Source of the DNA: Epiperipatus broadwayi
Lineage: Eukaryota > Animalia > Onychophora
DNA: 64,000 bases
NCBI GenBank assembly: GCA_028023455.1
Contig: JAQFVV010000006.1
Coordinates: forward strand, 620,001 to 684,000
Direction of reading: 5' to 3'
Every line of letters begins with the position of its first letter. Position 1 is the stretch's first letter. A model generated the notes under the pieces. The model was not told the origin of the DNA and did no database searches. It was given only the letters and a program-made list of their open reading frames with translations. Below, in pieces: positions 9,935 through 22,850 of the stretch. The position numbers were made by a program, and so were the translations under genes.

Positions 9935-12700
9935 TAGGATGGTGAGATATTGAAACACTACTTCGTACAATGTAATGCAGTGGTAAGAATAAGTACTGCT
10001 GTGTGCCATTAAACATGATGGTCGGAGTGACAGCTCAAACCCTGCCATTAGCAATTTAACATTGTGGTGAGAGCAGCTCAAATGCTGTTGTGTGCAGTTT
10101 AATGTAATGAAATAGCCAGCTGAGAGACTGCTGTGTGTAATTTAATATGATTTGTAAAATCGCTACTGAAACACTTTGCATTGGTTAGTCAGAGTGGCAG
10201 CTTCAACATTGCTGTGTGCAGTTTAATGTAGTGAAATGCCAGTTGAGACTATTTGTAGTGAGAGTAGCATCTCTGCTTTGATGGTGAAAGTGCTTCTGTG
10301 GTGAGAGTGGCATCTCAAATGCTGCTATATACAGTTTGGCGTAGCAGTGAATTGTAATGTGAATGGCAACTCAACCATTCCATTGTGCAATTTAATATGG
10401 TGATGAGGTCAACAGTGTAAATACTACTGCTTGCAGTTTGATGATGAAAGTAGTGCTTCAAACACTGCCATGTGAAAAGATACTATTGAAGGTTCGATTT
10501 AAAGTCTCATTCACGAGAAAATTAGGCAATTGTATTCTAAGACAAAAAACAATGCAGCTAATCTTGATAAACAAAGACTATTACTTCCACATTTTGCGAA
10601 TATGCATAAAAAGCTTTGTAGTATTTTCAATAAAAAATACTTGTGCTTTTACCTCCCCCAACTCCAACAAGTTAATCAATAACACCAAGGGCAGATTACT
10701 ACCCTCGCAGCGACCTCAAGAGGTTTACAATATTGCCTGCCCTATGGCAAATTACCAGGCCTCATACTTCGGTGAAACCAGAGCATCTCTATCTACACAG
10801 CTGTCTCAACATATATATTTATACAACAAAGCACTAACAGACCCAACTTGTAACTCAGTTTTCGCCCAGCATCGCATTTCAGCAGAGCATGATTGCGAAC
10901 CGATTAACCCTGTGATTGTTTTTAGAGAATACCATGACTTAAAAAAAGTCAGAGAGGCTTACTTTTTTGCTAGGCCCAATCACACCATCAGAAAAGACAC
11001 ATGCTACTATATATCAAAGAAATGGAATACATAAACTCAATTGCATTACTAGTTTTGTTAGTTACAATATGGCTATGACTGTGAGGGCTATGTCCCTTGA
11101 AAGCGCTCAGCCACATTTGCATTTTTGTGTTAACATATAAAGAATTTTTAAAAAATCAGCTTTGTGTATTTATGCATCTGTAATGCAAATCATACTTATA
11201 TTGTTAGTAGATTAATATTGTGATGAGAGCGACAGTTCAAACACTGCTACATGGTGTTTAATGTGGTGGTGAAAGTGGCAACTCAAACATTGCTGTGCTT
11301 TTAATGTGGTGGTGAGTGCAATTCAAATTCTATCTGATACCTTTTAATAATGGAAGAATAATTGCGGAAACAGTTATATGCAGTTTAACATCGAGTTGAG
11401 TTTCACATTAATATTTCTGTGTGAAGTTTAACATGGATGTTGGAAACCATTGTGTGGAATTTAGTGTGTCGGCAAGAATGGTCACAGAAATACTGCCTGG
11501 GGTGAGCGTAACTGCTCACTACTACTGTGTGAAATTCAGTTTGGAAATAGGAGTGGCAGCACAAGCATTGCTTTGTGAAATTTTATGTGGTAAGAATAAT
11601 ACTGCAAACACTATGTGCAGCCTGATAAGATGATGGCATTGACATCTCAAATGCTGCTGAATGCTGATGAAAGTGGTACTTTGAATTGTAATGAGTGACA
11701 GCTTAAACCAAACTCTTTGTAGCTTAATGTGATAAGACTTCTGATTGCTGCTGTGGAAGTTTACTGTAGCAAACGTGTGGCATTTCATGTGTTATTGACA
11801 ACGGCAGCTCAAACTGCATTTTTAATGTGGCAAATATGTTTGAAACGTTTAGTTTAATGAGACGAAGAGGAACATTGCAGTTTGAGTGGCAATTCAATGT
11901 TGAGGTGAGGATGCGTATGATTTAACACGTTGAGAATGATAATGCAAACATTGCTGTGGTCAGTTTAATATGGTTAGTCACAATTGAGTGATTTAACATG
12001 GTAGTAAACATGGCAACCCCAAGCACTGCTTTGGGCAATTAAATGTGGTGAGAATAATGGTGATGAAAATGTTTTTAGATTGGTACGGTAGTAAGAGTGA
12101 CATCCGACTGCTGCTATGAAGTTTAATGTATATGAGTGACAGTTTAAACCGTGCCGAGCTTTTAATGTGATGGAGATTGCAATTCAAATACTGAATACAA
12201 TTTATTGTGGAAGTAAAATGATTGCTGAAATACTGCCATATGCAGTTTAACATTTTTGGTCTGAATGGCAGCTCAATCCTTCTGTATGAAGTTTCATGAT
12301 GTTGAGAATGACACCTCAAACATTGCTGTGTGCAATTAACACTGCTTTGTTTGATTTAACATGGTTGTGAATCATGTGATGAGAATAATCATTTGCAGTT
12401 TAATGTGATAAGGGCTTGTGTAGATTGTGATGAAAAGAGCTGACCACTGCAACAGAAGTTTAACATAGTGGTAAGCATGATAGTTTAAAATGCTTGAGAT
12501 TGGCAGTTCAAATGCTGCAGTGCTTTTAATATAAAAGTGGGTGCTATTAAATCATGACTAAATGACAAATGTGGAAGTAAAGGTGAGAGCTGAAATACTA
12601 TTGTACGCAGTTTAACATTGTGATTAGAGTACAGTTCAAACATTATGTAATGAAATAGTTGACACTGCTGTTTTGTAGATTAATGTGGTAGTGAGAGATA
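9935..12700. repeat. Degenerate ~45-bp minisatellite array, interrupted by a Penelope fragment
   Basis: Recurrent unit approximating ACTGCTGTGTGCAGTTTAACATGGTGGTGAGAGTGGCAGCTCAAAC, period 44-46 (e.g. 12242, 12288, 12332), in two blocks ~9935-10480 and ~11215-12700. Confidence 0.8.
10490..11200 (+). mobile_element. Penelope-like retroelement 3' fragment (GIY-YIG endonuclease plus terminal repeat)
   Basis: ORF 10438-11034 contains VYNIACP...ASYFGETRASLSTQLSQH...SVFAQH...H...RE...KKVREAYF, the GIY-YIG signature. C-terminus ISKKWNT* parallels ISKKWTK* of the 46680-48130 element. Confidence 0.85.
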
Positions 12701-12932
12701 AACATTCCTAGATCGACTCAACTCAAAAGAATTTTTAAAACTCAGCCTGGTTAATTGAATAAAAGTTGATTATCATATCATTTATGGGGTGACTTGATTT
12801 CTTTATTCATTGTATTTTTTATCGTTTAAAATCTTTACTGTTGGCCGTTTTTCATAATCATTATAAATTAACATATTGTTGTACTAGTGTATATTTGATA
12901 ATTTACTGACATTACTTTTTTGTTTTTTATAG

Positions 12933-13125
12933 CATTTATAAGAAAGCTGGAATCGGTGTTAAAAAGAAAAAGAAAGTAACATATGTTGTAGCCAAGAAGT
13001 CTGGTAAAGGAATAGTGCGTCGACCAAGGGGTGTAAAAGGCCATTTCCGAATGGTAGATAAACGTCTTAAAAAAGATAAAGTAGCTGAGAAACGTAGTGA
13101 AGAACGAAAAAAGAAAAGGAGATAA
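12933..13125 (+). CDS. FTSJ3: FTSJ3/SPB1 terminal coding exon
   Basis: Polypyrimidine tract and tAG acceptor at 12931-12932. Translates (S)[63 protein letters not shown], matching the Spb1 C-terminus (YVVAKK...RP.GVKG.F.MVD.R.KKD). Confidence 0.96.
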
Positions 13126-13159
13126 ATTTGTGTACATAGTATTCCAATTTTATAATGAA

Positions 13160-13165
13160 AATAAA
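13160..13165 (+). promoter_or_regulatory. Polyadenylation signal of FTSJ3
   Basis: AATAAA 35 nt after the stop codon, followed by a T/GT-rich tract (tgtattttattttt, ~13187-13202). Confidence 0.6.
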
Positions 13166-14149
13166 TGTATTATTTATAAACAAAACTGTATTTTATTTTT
13201 TTCATAACTATATCTCTAAAACTAATATATTTTTGCTAAACTGTTAATAATTGACGATATTAAAGAATATCTACAATCTTAAATTGAATTTAAACTCTGC
13301 TCGATTTAGCAGTGTTAGTGATGAATTCAAGGGGTAAAGTTTTCGGGCTCAAAGCTATGATACTCGAATGCATTTTCAATCAATTAACCATTTCATTACA
13401 CTTGGATTTGAAGTTGCCCAAGATTCTAGATATGATGGGCCTAACTATAATTATTGTAAACACTTTTAAAGTTTCTTTTATGTACATATAATATGAAAAT
13501 CAATGACTCCATTAAATACCAATTCCACAAAGAATGGATTTTAGGGATTAGTTTACATCTCCATTACAGTAAGAATGTTTCTTGTGAAAATGAAGTTGGT
13601 TAAAAAAAACTACTTAGTAATGAAATATTGACCAAAAACTTTTTTATTTCAAATGATTGCACTAGTTAATAAGGAATGAAAATAAAACTAAATATTTAAA
13701 TGAGGTAAATTTTACCATGTACAATATATGATAGCCACCATATCTAACAAACTTACCATAAAAGCTATTATCATATAGGTAAATGTGGCCAGCAACAGGA
13801 TATATTTTTGGAACTTGTAATTTTAAATAGAAAATTGATAAAAATGAAATAATTTTTTTTAGATGTTTTGTTCCGACAAATGGCCATTAGGAAAACATGA
13901 CTAATTTTCTTTTTATCAGTTATGATCTCATTGAGAACTTTATAAATATTACCACGGTCTTTATTACTATTATATCAATAATAATCATCGTGACAAATTG
14001 TTAAAAATAAATTACCTTAGAGTAAAAATAACATGCAGAATTATCTAAAATGGCTGGCTAATTTCTAGTTGCCTTCCTCAACAATTATTACCAGCAATAT
14101 ACTTTCTAAATCTTGCCTGTTTATAGTTAGATTTTAACATTTAATTTAT

Positions 14150-15600
14150 CAGTTACTATTTCTGCATTGTTCATCAAAAGAATATATAACCACCACTGTA
14201 AATCATTATCAATTCATTCCCAGGATGTTCTATCCATCTCATCTCCCTGCACACTATTTCATCCATCTCCTAATGTCTTTCTGGGTCTTAAGATTTCAAT
14301 TATCCATTTATTATCATCTCTTCTAGAAATATGTCCAGCCCAACTCTCGTCTTAATTCTTCAACGATGTCAGTAGCATGTTTGTTCTCTTACCCATATAT
14401 TGCAATTTCAATCTCTTCTTGTTACTCCTAACATGCTCTTCTATTAAGTGTCTAAGTCTCATATCGATAAGAACTGGTAAAACAAAACATTCCAAGATTA
14501 ATTCTAGGAATAAGTTGTTTCCATCTGTAGTAATAATCAGATATTTGTAGTTAACTTCCAACTCATAATCAATCTATTTTTTGATCTTTTGAGAAAATTC
14601 ATTGAACTTTACTTTTGTCCTGCTTTCATCTGATAACTCTGGCAACATTTCCTAAAGCATTATTTGCAAAAACATCATCTACCAAATCAGAATGACTTAA
14701 ATAACCTCAACTTACTTTTACTCTATTTTAATCCACAAAATATGGAATCAGCCTGACCGACTCTTCTTAATGTCCTAGTCTCATTATGCAGTCTAATTGT
14801 TGCTGTTGAATTTTTAAATATCCTTCAGAATAACATATCCTATGACAATCCAATGCTTTAACCACCAAAAAAATGCTTATAGAATCAAATGCCTTTTCAT
14901 AATCTACAAATCTGAAGCATAATTGACAACTTATACTCATTGACCCTTTCCTTTAACTTCTCTCAATACTTGGATATGATCTACTATACTAAAACCACTT
15001 TTAAATCCAGCTTGTTCTCTTGGTTGGTTAAAATTCAATGTTCTCTGTAGAAGAGTTGTGATTGTAAAAAAATTGTATAAAACTGATAAAAGGCTGATAG
15101 GTCTCTAATTTTTAATCTTTTTAAAATATTAATATTGCAGTCTTTCAATTATCTGGTACATCTTTATCATTTAGATATTTGGTATATAAAACTGCCAAAA
15201 TTTTTCTATTTCTTCACCTGCTTCTGTTAATATATCAATTATAATTCCATCATTACCTGGAACTTTTCCCTTCTTCAACTTAATTGCATGTCTCACTTCA
15301 TTTGAAATCCTGGACAATTTAGAAGATATAGGAGATACTTGTTCTTTATTACTATAGTTTTTGACAACTTTTCTACCCATTTCATATCTTTTCTTCTTAT
15401 TGCAGATGTTTCCTACCAACATATTGTTTTACATGACTTTTATTCTCTTCTACAGCTTTCCTTGCTAGTTCACTACTTTTTTATAATCTTTTGCACGATT
15501 TTACAAAATTCGAAATATTCAATCTTCCTTATTGCATTATTTTTATAACTTTGTATTCCTTTTCTTCATAAATTCTCATTGAATCCATATATATTCTAAA
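14150..15600 (-). mobile_element. Decayed RTE-like LINE (RT region to 3' end)
   Basis: On -: EVRHAIKLKKGKVPGNDGI (15250-15305), FVDYEKAFDS (14881-14910), GVGQADS (QGD-like, ~14740-14760). 3' end is similar to 20500-20590. Confidence 0.8.
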
Positions 15601-15602
15601 AT

Positions 15603-15855
15603 AAATCAATATAGTGCTAAAAACGCAAAGCTAACGGTATTTTATTAAATCATACAAGAGCGCTTTCAAGAGACATGGCTCTCATATTCATAGCTCTTTT
15701 TCTATAATGGGTTATTTTAATTATATGCAACTTTTAAGCATTCCAATTCTTGGATACGGATTAACGATTCCTTCAGTTGATGGCGTACGATTTAATAAAA
15801 TACTACACATCATTAGCTTGTGGTTATTGCGTTTTTAGCGCTATATTGATTTACT
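15603..15855. mobile_element. Penelope-type terminal-repeat fragment with inverted arms
   Basis: Arms aaatcaatatagtgctaaaaacgca...tattttattaaatc (15603-15651) and gatttaataaaatac...tgcgtttttagcgctatattgattt (15789-15852) are inverted. Encloses the GAGCTATGA...GAAAGCGCTC motif (- strand, 15658-15696) shared with both PLE fragments. Confidence 0.55.
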
Positions 15856-18800
15856 ATAACAATCCACCACGCACTTTAAAAAACAATTCGTATTCTAAAA
15901 TATTTTAAATATATATGCATCAGTAATAGTTTAACCATAGAATACTGTGCACTTCATTTTCCATATTGTTTTAAAAAAAACCTGTTATTGCTGAATTCTT
16001 GTTAGTAAATTAATATTCATCTTGTTCACTTATTTTTTCAGTCATTTCCTGACTCAATAACATTTATTTCTTTGCATATCTATGCAAAGTATATGTAAAT
16101 TATTACTTACAATGGTATTTTATGATTAAAACATAAAGAATATTCTATTGTGTTAATAATTTACCAATAGTTTGATGAAGCAAAATAAACTTTAGAATGT
16201 TCAATGCCAACTTTGATGAAATATTCACAATTTACTTTTTATTGATGTCTATTTTCTTAAGCTAGATTTTGAGTCTCACATGGAATTCAAAATAAAACAT
16301 GAATTATTCAGCTATGTATTGCCTAAACATTTCATTTTTAAAACTCCATTTTATATTTATAAAGTTCGTATCATTCCATTAAATACCTATTTTCAATTCC
16401 ATAAATCTCAGTAAATTTTGAATTCATGAGGCAATAAAAAACACCACTTATCAACTAATTTATTTTTGCCATAAACAATCTTACAATTGATTATCCTAGT
16501 TTTAAGATTCCTTTGATCATAAATATATGAAATTTTGCTTATTATCCACTACCCTCATTGAAATTAGTTAGAATTGAATGGCATCCAATAACTAATCAGT
16601 CGCTACTCATTTTGAAATTTTCATGCATTAAATTTATCAGTATGCACAAAATTAAATGAACACTATTTGTAATTATTTTTTATAGTGTCACTTCTTTTAA
16701 AAAATTGTGTATTATCCCCTGGAAAGAATTTACATATCCATGGCTTTTTTTTTTTTCCAAAGGGGTTATTGTAATCCCAAACAGGAAATATTTTATAGAT
16801 TTGAAACAATTGTGTAATTTTGTTCTAGTTTAACATGCTGTGTTAATGATTTCAGATTTTTTTTAATATACCTCAAATGTTCAATGCAATTACATCAATT
16901 TTTTCCACTATTATGCTTTTGAGTATAAAGTTCCAAAGGGAAATTAAATAGAATTTTTAAATATTAGCAATTGCATTTATTAAAGGAGACTTATTGTATA
17001 ACTTTGGAATTAAAAAAAAAACTAGAATGAATAGTACTTCAATTTCATGTAAATAAAATTTCAATATTAAGTATACTTTATTACAAAACATTTTATGCTC
17101 ATTATGAGTGCAAATTTGGAGATATGAAAAGTAAATCTTTACAAACATGTATGCATTTGATTGTGTAGATCATTCAATCTTACTTACATTGTTAATATAT
17201 GTATATTATAAATTTTATGTAATAGAAATTATGGGGAAAAAATTGAGTTAATATAGAAATTGTATGAAATCTGCACATTAAATGTTTGCTGCTTTGATAA
17301 ACTATATCTTGCATACACAAAATGCAAGCTTTATAAATATCACACCTTTAAAAAAGTCAAATATGCATATAACCACGAGCCTATACAATGAAATGTATTT
17401 GAGTTTGTATTAGTCGATAGATCTTCAAAAATATAAAATATTTACTCCTATATAATTACTGTAATAATTGATGTTCTCTGTGACTTTTGTTAAGATTTAA
17501 ATTCAGTCCTCTTATCAATCATGTTCATAAGTATTATCAAGAATGTGACAAAATTTTAAAACTGAATATGTACTACTGTGAATTTTTCATGATTCTAATG
17601 AAAGTCAATATATAATTTTTATTTTCAGAAATATTTCTGAATATGTATTTTTTTTTTAAGCTTACTGTTTGTATTTACATAAATGCCTCACAAGTCTTAT
17701 GTTGCAATATTTACATGTGAAAGCATGATGATTGGATGAGACATAACTTGATTGGCATTTTTATTTTTAATCCTTTGACTAAATAATTAGAATAGTTATA
17801 TTATTAAAATTGCATTTTTGTACAATATAGAATATTCCTGGATTATTTTTAATCATTTCAATATTTTAAGATTTTGGACATCTTTATTAATAAAATATAA
17901 TATCATATAAACATTTCTACAGACAAGCAGTTGAGACAATAAAAAATTTCCTTTGTATCTCATTTTTGTAATTTTTTCTACTACATTTGATAAAAATATG
18001 ACTTTCCTATTCTCCATCATTCCCATGAGCTACCATCGCAATACTATTGACTTCTAATGGAATATAAGGGTTACCATTTGAATACTGGATATATTAAAAA
18101 AGGTAATATATTGCAAAATTTGTATATAAACATTATATGTGGTTACATGACTTCTTATAAAAGTTTTGTAAAAATTATTTGAACACTTTGGATACATTGA
18201 AGAAGATAAAGATTGCAATAATTTGTAAATTAATCAGAATATATAATGGTTAAATAACTTATAGGAATTACTGTAAAAATTACTTCTTCAAATAAATTAT
18301 TGACAAAAGTCAACAATTTTGGTAATATAGTAATATTAGATGATTCTATAATTTTTTTACTACTAACCAAACATTAAATGCAGTTTAAGTAATAAAGAAT
18401 ATGAATATCTTCCACAGACCTATGAACATGCATTTCTCAGTTTAAAAAAATATATTTTTTCTAAAATAATTTTAAAAATTAAGTGAACCTGGTCAGAAAA
18501 AAATACAATAAATTTAAATACATTTATTATTTATTATGAAATACAATTTAGAAATATATATCCACTTTTTATAAGAATTGCAACCCACTTCAGGTGGAGA
18601 TCACATTTATAGATGAGCAATTCTGGCATCCTAAGTATTTCAAACAATTGTATCCACCCACAAAAAAGGAGTGACACATGTCAAAGGTAGCTTTAACATT
18701 ATGTTGTCAGAAAAATACTAAATATATTTTAGTTCGGATAGTTGCACTTTAATGTTACTATCAAATTATAAAATACGCAAATGGTATTGTATAAAAGTCC

Positions 18801-19036
18801 TAATACAAATTATTGAATGAAAACATTCAATAGGCAATTTGAATTAAACCATTCAAGTTTGAAGTTCTTTATGTAATTTTTGATGGGTTTAGTGAATCAT
18901 GCTCTGTGAACCTAAGTGATTTTGCCTATACATTTTCATAAAATATTATATGGAAAATAAAACACTTTGAAATAAAAGTAACAATTTTGAAATTTTTAAT
19001 TTATTATATTGTAGTAAATATTACTAACTCCTTAGA

Positions 19037-19230
19037 GTTCCTACATTGCAACTTGGAATCATCAAAAACTATTGTATCATTTAACAAAATAACCTCAAAA
19101 TCAAAGGGTACTACTAGATTTTACTAACCCATTTAATGGTGTTCCTACATTGCAACTTCAGATCAGCAGAAGCTATTGTTATATAATTTAACGAAACAAC
19201 CACAATCAAAGGATTATATAATTTACACTA
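19037..19230. repeat. Degenerate ~104-bp tandem duplication
   Basis: GTTCCTACATTGCAACTT at 19037 and 19141, followed by similar ctattgt...tttaac.aaa.aac...aatcaaagg. Confidence 0.7.
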
Positions 19231-20063
19231 ATAAAATTTATAAAAATTTTAATTACATTTAATAAACATTTGAAAACTATTTTTTGTAAAAAAAAAAAAA
19301 AAAATTATTAGCATACTTTAATATGATAAAAATATGGTTATTGAAGAATTCATTATTGAGACTGAAATTATTCATTAATTTTACATCTAAGTTTTCTATA
19401 AAATCGTAGATTATACAAATCTTTAACAATAATCACTTCCAGTCACCTAAAAATGGATGGGGTTAACTAACCATATTTCAAAGTAGTTTAGTATTTCAGG
19501 AAATTGTAATCATCAAATTCATTTTTTTTAGTAATGGATTTTGAATATATATAAAAAATTAATGCATTCAATAAATAACTATTATATCATATTTCATTGA
19601 TGGAATATAATCTTACTTTGCCTGCATAAATTTTACATATCTTAAAATAAAAAATAATTTACTGCTAAGACAATTCAAATAAATAGGCAATATAGGCATT
19701 CATTTTATGAATAATGCTAAAGATGAAATCAAACATGAAAACCAATAACTGCGAAAATGGCTGTTAATTGATCATTCAATTAATTTAGCAAGTTTTCTAT
19801 TATAAAAAATATCATCAAAAAAGACTGGTGCTATAAGTTATGTTGACAAATATTTGTGCTTTAAAATAGATACCCAGCCTCTTAAATTTTTCCTATAAAT
19901 TACTAGTCTGAAATATGCATCATCTAAGAAAACACTTTTAATATATGATACATATGTATGTATATATGATTATCGAATGTTTTAATGTTATACATCTGAG
20001 AAAAAAAAAGGACATGTCCAAATAATTCCATAAAAAAATATTAACCAATGATATTGTGACAGT

Positions 20064-20113
20064 TAACTCATTCACTGAGAGTCCAAAATAACTCATTCAC
20101 TGAGAGTCCAAAA
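20064..20113. repeat. Perfect 25-bp tandem duplication
   Basis: TAACTCATTCACTGAGAGTCCAAAA x2. Confidence 0.9.
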
Positions 20114-20494
20114 TATTTTTATTCACAGATATTTTCCTCCTATATTAAATTTATATTGCTAACATATATTCATGAAATATATATAATCTTTCCTCCTATT
20201 TTACACTATTTGCAGTTTGTAAAGGCTTATAAACTTGAGTGGAATATCTGTGATTCCATTATTATGTTTAACCTATTCCAAATTAGCGGGACCTTTCATA
20301 TTTAAACATTCATTGCCTACTTTTAACAAGAATATGTTTTAGATTTTATATCTATTTGCCAGATGCAATCAAATAACTTTTCTTCCCAATCAATCATTGT
20401 ACATTATAATAGGTTTTTATATTTTGTACATTTTTATTTTAGAAATTTTAAAAAATTTAATATATTTTAAAATTATTATTTTTATAGTAAATCA

Positions 20495-20590
20495 TTATCA
20501 ATTCACTGCCAGGATGGTCTCTCCAGTTCAATCCATCTTCTCCAATCTCTGGCCTCCCTGCACACTCTATTTCATCCATCCATATTATCC
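20495..20590 (-). mobile_element. RTE-like LINE 3'-end fragment
   Basis: ccaggatg...tccatct...ctccctgcacact..atttcatccatc, similar to 14205-14270. Confidence 0.55.
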
Positions 20591-22844
20591 TAATTATATT
20601 GTGATAGAAAATAATTTTGTACATACATGATTTAAACAGAAGACTACATATATTATAAAATGAAATGTAGCTTTTTAGTTCAATTTTTATTATGTTTACT
20701 AAGGCTGGAAAAGGTTAATAATTCACTTTAAAAAAAAAATCCATATGCTAAATAAGATAGAAAATATTTAAGTTTGGTATCCAAATAGCAAATTTCAATT
20801 TTTGAATACCAGTTTTTGAAAAATAAAAATTAAATAAATTACATTATATATATATTGTCTCATAAGACTAATTTGCCAATTTCAATAATAATACAAAATC
20901 ATCAAAGATTTACAATTTCAACGTTAAATGTAAAACCAAAATAATTTCACATCCAATTTATTATCAGCTATGTGTTTATCACTGATTATAATAAATACAA
21001 TTCAAATAGTAATTGGGAACTAGTGGATTTACTTCGTTTTTTTTTTTAAAAAATGGATTGAAGTACTTTTCCACCCTAAGGTATATTCTTCTTCTACATC
21101 ATGTAATTAGAAATTAAACTGAAAACAATTATATTATTCTAAAGAGAAATTTTGAACCTTGTTAATTTCAAACTTCAAAAAAAAAAAAAACTTACTAAAA
21201 TAAAAAAAATTTTCTTTTAAATTTCACCAATAGTAAATCATTTTTCTAGATTGGAATATTGTAATAATTCATGTCAAATATCAAAATTGACAATTTCTTT
21301 TGGCTCAACGAATAAAACCTTAAAAATTCATCAAACAGCTATCTCATTTATATATATATATATGATTAACTTCTTTACATTTGAGTTTAACTCCATTCAT
21401 ATCAAATGCTACCAAACATTTATATAGTTAAATTAATATTACAAAATTGCCATTGTTTGTAATTTCATACACATGCATATAAATATAACACCAATCTCAT
21501 TTTATATTGTCCACAAACAAAGAATATGGGCATAATGTTCATATATGAAATTCATATTAAAATGAATTGTTTATTTGCAAACCAATTAAATTTAAAATAG
21601 AATTTTGTACTACAATACAAAAAAAATAGTAAGTTTTGTGTTAATATTTTCAAATACAAATTATATATATAAATAAACCAAAAACTAGAATTATCTTTTA
21701 TAAAATTCAATAAATAAATAAATATTTATTCATTTATAGATTTTAAAATTTAGTGCATTAATTTTAGTTACTTTCAATTTGTTTTATATAAGTTGAAAAA
21801 TAGATGAGCGTGCTCTCTTAATGATTCTATTTATAAACACACAGAAGATAAACCAATTAAGCATATATTATAAAATCTAGATAGACAAACAAAGCACACT
21901 GCTTCAATAATAGGGCTTCTCAACACAAGGCATTGTTTTATGTTTATCCATGACTTTTTTTAAATCATTCCAAATAGAATATAATATGAAGACTAATTAT
22001 ATTTCTTTTTTTTTTTAAGAAAATTAGAAATTGTAAAATTATTGAAATCCTACATTAATCAAACACATGCACAAATGGTTTATTTTTGTGAAGTTTTTTT
22101 TTTGTTGAAAAACTGAATGTTTATTAAATTATAAGCTTTTTATTTTAAATAGGAAAGTAGAAATAAGCTATTTTAATATTAGAAAAACTGAATGTATTAA
22201 GGTTATTTTAGGCAGGAAAGTAAAAAAATCAACCCAAAAATGAATCCCATCTGAAATCAATAGATTTTGACACATATGCATATAATAGTGTATAATTTAC
22301 TTACATACAAAATGTTTATTATTTACTTCAAGTAGGGAATTTATTAATAAACTGTGTAAAAATGTAAATAGGGATTCCTGAATATAGGATGAAATACACT
22401 AAGTCCAATTTATTATTCTTTTTTAATTACAATAACTTTTCTAAATAATTTTAAAAATAAAGTTTAATTTGAAAAACTTACAATTTAGATAAAGGTGAGA
22501 AAGTGTTGGAAAAAATTCTCTCTTCTCCTGCTATAAAATATATGTATATATACACACATGCGGCGCAACAATAACATTATTAGTAGGCTAAGAATAAAAA
22601 TAAAATAAAAGGAAGTCAAAGAATTACCATCAAATCTAATAACAAATGATTTTTTTTAAAAAAAAAAACCTGAATATCCATAGATAATATATATAAAAAT
22701 TAAAAATGTCAAAAGTTTTTTTTTTTAAATAAAAAAAAAAAATGTTGGTCTATTGAAAAACAAAAAACATACAGAAATGTAATTTTTTTTCTATCAGTAA
22801 ATAACACACAGATGATACACCAAACTATTGGCAATGTTAAAAAT

Positions 22845-22850
22845 TTTATT
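22845..22850 (-). promoter_or_regulatory. Candidate polyadenylation signal of 14-3-3 epsilon (one of several)
   Basis: AATAAA on - strand, followed ~20-45 nt downstream by a GU-rich tract (tttggtgtatcatctgtgtgtt). Further candidates at 22315-22320, 22120-22125 and 21725-21730. Confidence 0.4.

Noticed and set aside
9935-12700. Possible CRISPR-like or coding repeat array
   Set aside because: Eukaryotic intron; units are contiguous and degenerate with no unique spacers; variable 44-46 bp period with frequent stops.
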